Assembly: GCA_010909165.1 (NCBI GenBank)
Contig: MU008188.1
Span: 558,001-622,000, forward strand
Direction: 5' to 3'
Length of the DNA stretch: 64,000 nucleotides
Source: Anthoceros angustus
Lineage: Eukaryota; Plantae; Anthocerotophyta
A program made the translations under genes and the position numbers. Shown one piece after another: positions 13,370-24,700 of this stretch. Below the pieces are notes generated by a model. It was not told the DNA's origin. It saw nothing but the letters and a program-made list of their open reading frames with translations, and searched no databases. Position 1 is the first letter of the stretch; each line of letters opens with the position of its first letter.

Positions 13370-14620
13370 CAATGCGGTTCCCAAAGGTGAGAAGAGGGAA
13401 AAGAGAAAAGAAGGGACCAGTATGGCTGCCTATCCTTTATGACAAACATGTACAATCGAAGAATCATAGGTTGGGTAGCCCACATATATAGGCAAAAACC
13501 ACCGGGACTCTCGATGAAGCACCACCACGATGGTAGGCACTCTGAGATCTATTTAGAGTCCTACTTCTCCTTGGCCTTTGAACAAATGATATTTATGCGC
13601 TAACAACCTACTAGCCCTTTTCCTTGGTTTATGATTTTCAGGTATTTTCTATATAGGTGCGGTGACCTATATGTGTCGAGTAATCGTGCCTTACAAACAT
13701 CGCGATGCACATAGGTTGATTGTGCCATGACACACATCTAGGTAGACATGTTCACATACACCACATGACGTGGTCCAAAGGCCAAGGCCAAGGACGTTTC
13801 TTCCTATATATAGGCGGTAGGGGCGGGATAGGCAAGTAGCGTAGTTGGTAGTCCATGGTTGGGTAGCCCACATATAGGCAAAAAACCGAACTTGATGGAG
13901 TGCCACCTCACATCGATGGTAGGCGATTAGGTATATTTGTAATCCCACTTGTCCTTGGCCTTGAACAATTGATATTCATGCAATCAAGAACGACGTGCCC
14001 TTTTCCTTGGGTTATGGTGTTTACGTAGTTTGAATATAGATGCGACCTATATATGTGTCATAGTACCACGCGCATCACGATGCACATAGATGGAAAAGGT
14101 GCCCATGACAGCATCTAGGTATACATGTTCACATACTTCACATGTCAACCATCCATCCTGCATGCATGCATACCATGTGCTTTCCATGTGCACATTTTCC
14201 TTGGGTTTTGATTTTTAGGTCTTTGTATATAGATTCGTTGGCGTATGTATGCGAACATCACGATGCACATGCATGCACATGGTATGTATGCATGATGCCC
14301 GTTGACAGTGATGCATGTGACCATGTCTACGTAGATCTGTCGTGGGCACCTTTTCCTTGGGTTTTGATTTTTATGTCTTCTCTATATCGCACGTGACCTT
14401 TATATGTGGCATGGTACCCTTCCCGACATGCATGACGGTGCACATACATGGATTGTGCCATGGCACAAAGATCTAGGTACAAATGTTCGATGCATCACAT
14501 GACAACCAGCCATCATGCATACATACCATGTGGATGCCATCCATAGGCAATGCACATGTGACATTGGTCCAAATGCGAAGGACTTTTCTTCCTATTTATA
14601 GGCGGGCAAGGCGGAAAGGC
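13370..14620 (-). repeat. Inverted, diverged copy of the 4.5-6.4 kb satellite/spacer block
   Basis: CCTTGGCCTTTGAACAAATGAT, TTTTCCTTGGGTTATGGTGTTTA, GACCTATATATGTGTCATAGTACC and ATCTAGGTAGACATGTTCAC are reverse complements of motifs at 4500-6400. Confidence 0.85.
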
Positions 14621-14629
14621 AATCAGTAG

Positions 14630-17600
14630 ATGCCATGGATAGATGGCGTGAACACATCGGAAAAGGCGGAAGTGGTAGGTTGACTAGCGGTCAACGATCG
14701 TCCGGACTCAAGCAAGCATCGCTTAGAAGGTTGGAACCGCAGCAAGCGAAAGCGGCGGTGGCAACATGCACGGCAACCATCTGCGGTGGTGTTGGCGAAT
14801 AGCGCTGCGGTTGGCGGAGCGCCAAACAGTGCGCCGTGGCAACAAGTGATGCATTGGGGTGCCAAATGCCCGGTGAAATCTGAGACAGAGCGGCTTTCTT
14901 GATTTGGGGCGCAAGTTGGGCAGCTCTTCACTCGGCAACTCCAAGTGCCACTTTTCAAAGTGGAAGCTCACGAGCATAGGCGTTTTGCGATATGGGCGGA
15001 GGTGGAAGACATGGAGCTCGACACACCCATGTCGGGCCGGGAGAGGAGGCGAGGCGAAGGCATGGCGGGGCGGGGGGCATGGGCGCCGCCGGGCGGTGGC
15101 GGCGATGAGGAAATGGCGTCTGGCGGCGGGCGGGCAATCGCTTCGCCCGGCAATGGCGGAGCGGCAAGGCGGTGGCGGCGTGGAGGCGCCCCACGGCTGA
15201 GGCGCGCAGCAATGCTTGAAGATGGCGCCCCGGCGACGAGCATGCGGCGGGCGGAGGCGGAGGCGGAGGCGGAGGCGGTGGCATCCCGATGCCGCTTTGG
15301 TGGAGCCCTCCGCGGCGTGCCACCTGGGCGATCCCCAACAAGCGGCGGCCGGAATCTTCGCTGCGCCACAAAGGGTCTGCGGATCTGGGTTGCAGCCCGC
15401 CCAAACACGGAGGCGGAGGCGGAGGAGGCGATTGCATGCGCCGCGAAGTCCAGCATGAGGAGTTGAAGCGGCTGCAGGTGCGTGCAGCAGGTTACTGCAT
15501 GCGGCCCGGCTGCAGTGGAGGATGACGGTGCACATACATGGATTGTGCCATGGCACAAAGACATCTAGGTACAAATGTTCGATGCATCACATGACAACCA
15601 GCCATCATGCATACATGTGGATGCCATCCATAGGCAATGCACATGTGACATTGGTCCAAATGCGAAGGACTTTTCTTCCTATTTATAGGCGGGCAAGGCG
15701 GGGAAAAGTGTAGATGCCATGGATAGATGGCGAGAACACATCGGAAAAGGCGGAAGTGGTAGGTTGACTAGCGGTCAACATCCGGACTCAAGCAAGCTGT
15801 AAGCAGTTAGAAGGTTGGAACGCAAGCGAAAGCGGCGGTGGCAACATGCGGCGACCAACAAGCAGTGGTGTTGGAAAGCCCGAATGCAGCGGCTTCGGTT
15901 GCGAGCGGCCAAACAGTGCGCTGGTGGCAAGTGATGCATTGGGGTGCCAAATGCCCTGAAAATCAGCAGGCGGCTTTCTTGATTTGGCAAGTTGGGGCGC
16001 TCTTCACCAAGAACTCCAAGTGCCACTTTTCAAAGTGGAAGCTCACGAGCATAGGCGTTTTGCGATATGGGCGGCGGTGGAAGACATGGAGCTCGACACA
16101 CCCATGTCGGTGGGGACGGAGGAGGAGGCGCCGAAGGCATGGCGGGGGGCATGGGCGCACCGGAGGCGATGGCCGAATGCAATCGTGGCGGCGGGCGGGC
16201 AATCGCTTCCTCCGGCAATGGCGGCGAGCGGCCGGGCGGTGGCGGCGTGGAGGCAGCCGGCCCACACGAGGCGCGCGAGCAATGCTTGAAGAGAGGCCCC
16301 AGCGGGCGAGCATGCGGCGGAGGCTCGGTCGGAGGGTCACGTGGCGATGGCATCCGTCGCCTTGGTGGAGCCCTCCAGGCGTGCCACCTGGGCGATCCCC
16401 AACAAGCGGCGGCCGGAGGTCTTTTGTTGCAGCCACAAAGGCTGTCTGCGGCGGATGGCGGTTTCGCCCAAACACGGAGAGGGCGGTGCATGCAGCCGCG
16501 AAGTCTGGGCTGCGCAAAGGGTTGAAGCGGCCTGCAAAGCTGCGGTCGGCCAGGGTTACTGCATGCTGATGGAGGATAACGGCGGCGTGCGAGCCGGCGC
16601 CGCTGTAGGGAAGGGTGGTGGTGGCTGCGCAATGGCCTGCGATGGAGGGTGGCTGCACCGCATGCGCCGCCAATGGTGCTGCGGTGGGGATGCTGGCCGC
16701 ATGCAGGCAGCGATCGCCGAGCACTGATAGGACGCATTGCCTGCAGCGAGCCCAAGGACAACCCATGTGGTTGCGCCAAGGCGCAAACAGAGGCGCATGC
16801 CGGACGGGAGGCATCCCGCCTCCTTCTCGTGGGCGTGCCGTGGGCGGGCGGAGGAGGTGGGGCGAGGCGGTGAGGATGGTGGGGCAAGCTCCGGGCCGGG
16901 AAGGAGCCGTCCGGGCGCTCCGGTGAGAGTGGAGGAGAGGAGGCCACCGGGAGGGAGTGGGCGGGCGGAGGAGGAGGCGAGGCCGGCGGACAACAATCGG
17001 AAGACTCGATGGTAAGTGAACGCACAATCCGTCGCAATGTGTTTGACAATGCTGGTGGGTTCGATTGTCATTGTCATGCCTCGTAATCTTGGTTGCAAGT
17101 GGTGAACTTTGCCATGCCCGGTACTCATATGCGAGTTGGGTTTGCGGTGTGGGAGTGGACGAGACCGGGCCCCTGGTCATCTACGACAGCAGGAACTTCT
17201 CGCATCCGCTATACGGACGTGGGCGTCGTCAAGATCGAGCGGAGGCGGCCGGCTGCGGAGGAGGAGGCGGCAAGGCGAGAAGAGAGGCCGAGCTCATCGT
17301 TGAGCTCGAGGCGGCCGCGTGGGCACCGGAAGAGGAAGAGGTGCAGCGGGAGACCTAGCGTGGGCGGGCGCCGTGGGGCGAGGCCAAGATGCAAGGCGGA
17401 GTGCGGGCGAACCCGGTGCCCGAGGCGTGAATGGGGCCAGCACGTGGGAGGGGCCACCGCCCAAGGCCGCAACAAGGTGGGGCATCCGGCTCAATGGAGC
17501 TCCGAGTATGGTGTAGCGGCGAAGTCCAATGCGGTAATCGACGCCGCCATGACGGGCGCCATCGCCTCCTTCTTGAAGTGGTGGAGAAGGTGCGCAACCC

Positions 17601-20300
17601 GAGGTCCACCGACCATGGAGGGAGTGATGGATGACTCACGATCGGCCGACAACGCAGCCTGGGAAATGCGGCCGCTGCTCATGGAATACATGAACGCAAA
17701 GAATGGCCGCATCCTCCATGCCATCGGGCCAATGTGCAAGTCGGTTCTGGTGGTGGAGACCACCTCTCAAACGCCCCCACGCCTTCCGGTTCGGTCCCCT
17801 TCCCATTGGTGCCGGGATGAACCCGCCTCCCCAACCTCACAGGGAGCCGGTGCACTGCCCCGCCATGGCACACGGTGCACCTCCCATGTCCGTGAGGGAC
17901 ATTCGGCCCCTCCACAAGAAAAGAGGGCGAACGGAAGTCTGCCAGAGGAGGAGCCAAGTTCGGAGCACAAGAGGATGGAGGCTGCTCGAGGCTCTTCCGC
18001 GATCGACCGTGGGCGAGGGAGGTGTTTTTTTTGTGGCGCTCCCACCATGAGGTGTGAGCGCACTATGTTCGGATGTTTTTGGTTGAACGGCATGCGCCTC
18101 GCAGTGTCTCGTAGGACCGGAAGTGGATTTGTAGGACGCAGTGACATTGCCTGCTTTGATGAGGTTGAGGAGGGGATAGTGTGAAGCATGTTCAGATCCG
18201 TAATGCCCGCATTGCAATGGTTTCCTTCACCGTGTTCGGTTTGAAAGGTGAAGTTACGATCATCTTCGTCTCGTCCCCATACATCCAACTGCAAGCACAA
18301 CACAAGCATGTTAGTAGGCAAGCACACCAACGTAGGGATCGCTCCCACATCCCGCCCTTCCCGCATATATAGTGAAAGCGATGTGTAAGCGGAGGATTTG
18401 CGGCCGCGAACGCGGCCATACCGCGAACAAAAGTTCCGTGTGTATGTGTTGCCCGCCATGTTTGTGTGTAGACCCGATGAAAACCCTAACACCGTCATCA
18501 AAAAGATCATGTGTATGACACCATCCAACACCAGCCGAGGAACGTGTGATAGAATGTTTTTCCCCGCACGAACCCCGTGAAGTCGATGTGGCACGATTAT
18601 ACGTGTATTATACGTGAGTATCGAAAGATTCCGTGGCATATCCTCGTAGCGCATAAAAAAGAAAGAAAGTCACACACGTACTTGCAGGACGAGATCGATT
18701 CCATACCTCTTCCTACCATTGGAGAGTCTAGGGTTGGTGAAGTCGTATGGTGTAATCGTGTGCACACCCTTGGCGGTTTCATGTATAAGTTTTTCTGTAG
18801 TTTCTCTCTACGTTACGGAATATAAGATTTACAAGTATTTTTTCCACATGATATTACATAGATGCAAAATCTTGATTATACATTTGGTTTTGTATGGTAT
18901 GCATAGCCAAAAGTTCTCTTCCCGCGTTTCATGCATAGCTGCTCCATCGTGCCGGGAGTGTTGGGAGGCTGCAAACTTGAAATAAAACGAAGTCAAGGGT
19001 GTTTAAAGGCCGCAACAAGGTGGGGCATCCTCAATGGAGCTCCGAGTATGGTAACAGCGAAGTCCAATGCGATTGTCGACGCCGCCATGACGGGCGCCAT
19101 CGCCTCCTTCTTGAAGTGGTGGAGAAGGTGCGCAACCCGAGGTCCACCGCGACATGGAGGGAGTGATGGACAGACTCACGGCCCGGGCCGACAACGGCCT
19201 GGGAAATGCCACGTGCGTTCATGGAATACATGAACGCAGAATGGCCGCATCCTCCATGCCATCGGGCCAATGTGCAAGTGCGGTTCTGGTGGTGGGACCC
19301 TCTCGACAGCCCCCGCCACGCCTTCCGGTTCGGTCCCCTTCCCATTGGTGCCGGGATGAACGCCTCCCCAACCTCAGGGGACGGTGCACTGCCCGCCATG
19401 GTCGGGTGCACCTCCCATGTCCGGTGCGGAGGGACATTCGGCCCCTCCACGGGGGCGGCCAGGCGAGCGGAGAGGAGGAGCCAAGTTCGGAGCACAAGAG
19501 GATGGAGGCTGCTCGAGGCTCTTCTTCGGCGTGCGTGGGGAGGTGTTTTTTTTGTGGCGCTCCCACCATGAGGTGTGAGCGCTTGTTCGGATGTTTTTGG
19601 TTGAGCAGCATGCGGCTTCGCAGTGTCTGTAGGACTGGAAGTGGATTTGTAGGACGCAGTGACATTGCCTGTTTGATGAGGTTGAGGAGGGATAGTGTGA
19701 AGCATGTTCGGATCTGTAATGCCTGCATTGCACTGGTTTCCTTCGCGCAGTCGTGTTCGGTTTGAAAGGTGAAGTTACGATCATCTTCTGGTCTGAAGCT
19801 GTCCCATACATCCAACTGCAAGCACAAGACAAGCATGTTAGTAGGCAAGCACACCGAAACGTAGGGACTGCTCCCACATCCTGTCCTTCCTGCATATATA
19901 GTGAAAGCAGCATGTGTAAGCGGAGGATTTGCAGGCAGTTTCTCGTGACGCGGCCATACCTGAACAAAAGTTCCGTGTATGTGTTGCCCGCCATGTTTGT
20001 GTGTAGACCCGATGAAAACCCTAACACCGTCATCAAAAATCATGTGACACCAGCCAACACGGGCCGATGAGCGTGTGATAGAATGTTTTTCCCATCTGAA
20101 CCCCGTGAAGGCGATGTGGCACGTATTATCGTGTATTATCGTGAGTATCGAAAAGATTCCGTGGCATATCCTCGTAGCGTACACCGAAAAGAAAGAAAGT
20201 CACACACAGACTCCCGTGTGACGAGATCGGTATTCCATACCTCTTCCTACCATTGGAGAGTCTAGGGTTGGTGAAGTGCTGTGTATGGTGTACTGAATGT
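14630..20300 (+). pseudogene. Frameshifted uncharacterised coding segment D with two internal tandem duplications
   Basis: Fragments VPLFKVEAHEHRRFAIWAxVEDMELDTPM (x2), DAAMTGAIASFLKWWRRCATRGPP, CFFCGAPTMRCER and YVLPAMFVCRPDENPNTVIK (x2). Duplications are 14432-15521/15522-~16580 and ~17463-19006/19007-20555. Confidence 0.4.
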
Positions 20301-21747
20301 GTGCACACCCTTGGCGGTTTCATGTATAAGTTTTTCTGTAGTTTCTCTCTACGTTACGGAATATAAGATTTACAAGTATTTTTTCCACATGATATTACAT
20401 AGATGCAAAATCTTGATTATACATTTGGTTTTGTATGGTATGCATAGCCAAAAGTTCTCTTCCCGCGTTTCATGCATAGCTGCTCCATCGTGCCGGGAGT
20501 GTTGGGAGGCTGCAAACTTGAAATAAAAACGAAGTCAAGGGTGTTTAAAGGCCGCATGGCTCCCATGTGAAAACCCTAAACTATTACATGTTCTTGGATC
20601 TAGATTCAAAAATTGAATGGTGGAGTTGGTGAGCTAGTTAACTTGTTTGGTGGGAGGAAAGGAAATGCAAACGAGGAAATAAAAATGCAGAGTCCCTCAA
20701 AATTCATGATCGTGAGAGCATACACCTGGTCACAACCGAAAACCTCAACACCACCGCAAGCTGCCGGCAATGTCTACAATGTCTAACTTCATGTCAACAA
20801 ACTTAGAAGCGACGCACGCAGCAAAGCACAACTCCTGTTAAATACTATCTACCTATACGGGATTTGCGATGGCATGGTGGATGGCCTTTTATCATCCCTT
20901 GCACCCAATTGGTCTCAAACAATTGTGGACGCCGAAGAAGAGTTGTGGATGCCGGCGTAGTTAGATTAGACACTTCCGGCGCGCACACCTTGTCTTTCCT
21001 TTTCCTCTTCACCGGCGTCATTGCCTGCACCTTTGCACAGTCATTCCTTAAAGTGGCCTGATGGTGCGCACCTCCATGCCCTCCAACAGCTATTGCTTCT
21101 CTTCATCCAAGAGCCTCTGCTCTTTTTCCACGTCAGAATTCCTCTTCAGTATCTGATCTTCAACTTCTCTTTTCCACGTCAGCATACCTCTTCAGTATCC
21201 ATTCTCATCTTCAACTTCTCTTGGGTGTCTAAATACACCCAACGCCCTGGTTGGCCATTCTTCCCGAGCTTCCATTTGCGAGAACGCTTGGCGTTTTTCT
21301 CCCCTCTTCGCCTTCGTCGTCACCCCTCCGCCACACTGCTTTCAACACATCAAATACCGGGTTAGCATCCCGGATCCGCTCATCCCCTTTCTTGCTGTCC
21401 GTGATGCCGGCAGCGGCTTATTCCTCGTTTGTCATGAGGGCCGGACTCCTTTCCTAGATCCGGTGCCCCGACACGTGCTGTCGCTGGACGTGCTATCAAC
21501 ACTTTGCTACCTAACCTGTATCGCGTGCACCTCGCACTGACGAAGATTTGTAGGAAGGCTAGGAATAGAAATCTGACTTTGCAGCAGTCTAACAGTGAAG
21601 GGAGAACCAAGCCACCCAGTCGGCATGAGTGACCCTATGGTGGGAAGTTTTTTGGTGGGGCAGCATACAGAGAGTTTTCAGCACTCCATAGTTGTGCCTA
21701 GATTCCATCGACACCGTGACTGCACCCTTGACGAGTTCAGATGTGGC

Positions 21748-24700
21748 TCATACTCTCCCCTCCGTGCTTTCGCTCTTGATTTTTGGATGCATCTCATCTC
21801 CAACCAGAAAACTATGCACCTGACCGTCCGTGTCTGCCCACCAGCTTTGACCTGGCTGCTTCCATGCCCCGATGCTTGTTCTCCTCTCCTGCATCTCTTG
21901 AGCCTGCTCCCACATTTGGGCACCAGCGTATATATGCCACATCGACACGTACGCTGCAGCATCTTTCCTGTCTAGCTGCACTGCTTGGTCAAAAGCATGG
22001 CGACCCACCTCAAAGTTATTCCACTTCCGGCAAGCACCCAATAGAGTGTGCCAAACTGGAGCATTAGGCAATACAGGCATTGTCCTTACCAAAGCTAGTG
22101 CCTCGTCCAGTCGGCCTGAACGGCCCAGAAGATCCACCATGCATGTGTAGTGCTCCACGGTGGGAGTGATGCCGTACTGTTGGCTCATAGCCTCAAATTG
22201 CTCTTCCCCCTTGTTCACTAGACCTGCATGACTGCATGCTCTAAGTAAGCTGAGGAACGTGATGCCGACTGGCTGCACGCCACCCTCTCTCATTCTTTGA
22301 ACCAAGTCGAGGACCATTTGGCTGTCTCCTTGACATGTGTAACCTGCTAGGAGTGCACTCCAGGTGACGTTGTCCCTTTCGGGCAATGCATCAAACACCT
22401 GCTGTGCATCAACCATGCTCCCACACTTTCCGTACATGTTTATCAAACTGCCCGCCACAAACACATCAGCGTGAAGCCCTTGTTCTTCGATCTGTGCGTG
22501 CAGCTGCCTTCCCAGATGCAACGCTGCCACATTTGCGCATGCCTGCAGGAGGCAAACAAACGTCACAGTATCAGGTACAGCTTTTCCTTTCTTTTGCATA
22601 GCACTGTAAAGACAGAGAGCTTCCTGGCCCATGCCCTGCTGGGAATACCCTGCCATGATGGCATTCCATGTTACCACATCCTTTTCACCAAGTCCATCAA
22701 ATACCCTGCGAGCGAAATCTAGGCTGCCACACTTTGCATACATATTTACCAAACTGTTAGCTACAAACATATCAGCTTCATGACCTCTTTCTCTAATGTG
22801 CACATGAACCTGCTTCCCTTTCTCCAACGCCTGGGTGCCCAGACTTGCACATGCCTGCAGAAGGCACACAAAAGTCACAGAATTGGGTACATCAATTGCT
22901 TCTTCTTGCATATTATCGTACATGTGAAGGGCTTCCAGGCCCATGCCCTGCTTTGAATACCCTGCTATCATTGCATTCCACGTCACCACGTCTTTTTGAG
23001 CAAGTCCGTCGAACAATCTTCGGGCCTCTACTATGCTGCCACAATTTGCATACATGTTCACCAAACTGTTGGCTACAACCACATCAGCGTCATGTCCTCC
23101 TGCTCTAATTTGCACATGAAGTTGTTTCCCTGTCTCCAGAGCTGAGATGCCCACACTTGCACATGCCTGCAGGAGGCAAAGAAAAGTCACCGAATTGGGT
23201 ATTGCAACGCCCTCTTCCAGCATTTCCGTGTAAAGGCGAAGGGCTTCCTGGCCCATGCCCTGCTTGGAGTACCCTGCAATTAGAGCAGTCCATGTCACCA
23301 CGTCTTTTTCACCCATTCTGTCAAATAATTTTTGAGCATGATCCAAGCTCCCACACTTTGCATACATGTTCACCAGACTGCTGGCCAGATATACATCAGC
23401 TTGGAGTCCTTGTTCTCTTATCTGCGCATGAAGCTGCTTCCCCATCTCTAAAGCTGGGGTGCCACCACTTGCACATGCCTGAAGCAGCCACACAAATGTC
23501 AACGAATTGGGTATAACAATGGCTTCTTCTTTCATGGACCTGTAGAGACGAAGGGCTTCTTGGCCCATTCCCTGTTGGGAATAACCTGCAACAAGAGCAG
23601 TCCATGTCACCACATCCTTTTGACTGAGTCCTTCAAACAGTCTACGAGCATCATCTAGGCTGCCGCACTTAACATACATGTTTACCAGACTGTTGTCTAG
23701 AAACACATTAGCTTCATGTCCTTGTTGTCTGATTTGCGCATGAAGCTGCTTCCCCGTCCCCAAAGCTGGGGTGCCCACACTTGCACATGCCTGTAGTAAA
23801 CACAGGAACGTCATGGAATCAGGTGTCGCTACGCCCTCTTGCTGCATAACACTGTAGAGATGAAGCGCTTCCGCCCCCATGCCCTGCTGGGCATATCCTG
23901 CTAGCATGGCGTTCCATGTCACCACATCCTTTTGATCAAGTGCGTGAAACACTCTCTGGGCATCGTCTAAGTTGCCACACTTGACATACATGTTAACCAG
24001 ACTGTTGGCTATAATCCCATCAGCTTGATACCCTCGTTCTCTAATCAATGCATGCAGCTGCCTTCCCTTCTCCAACGCCTGGCTGCCCACCCTTGCACAT
24101 GCCTGCAGGAGGCACACAAACGTCACGGAGTCGGGCACACCAGCGCCAGCTTCTAGCATAGCACTGTACAGACGGAGAGCTTCCTGCCCCATGCCCTTCT
24201 GAGAATACCCTGCTATCATGGCAGTCCAAGTCACCACATCTTTTTGACCGATTCCATCAAACACACTCTGAGCATCATCTAAGCTGCCACACTTTGCATA
24301 CATGTCCACCAAGCAACTAGAAACGAAAGGATCAGGCTCAACGCCACTGGCCAACACATCAGCATGCACCTGCTGCCCAGTTTCCAAGTCTGCTCCCCTT
24401 GCACAAGCCTGCAGGGCTGCCACAAACACATGGCCATCCGGCTTCACACTCGACCTGCGCATCTGATGATACAGTTGTAGGGCCTCCCTGTCTCGTCCGT
24501 GTTTGACATGCGCAGAAATGATGGCAGACCAGGTGAAGGCATCCGGGTCGCCAACCACTGCAAACACATCCATCGTGTCTTGCAACCTGCCATGAGCAGC
24601 ATACATCCGCAGGATATGGTTGCACAGGAACGTGTCCGACTGATACCCCTGCACCACGGTGAAAGCATGGACGCGGCGACCCAGAACAAGATCCCCCTTG

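Noticed and set aside
20845-21460. Minus-strand charged, coding-like stretch downstream of the PPR gene
   Set aside because: It has multiple stops and no recognisable family, and it is not a DYW continuation.
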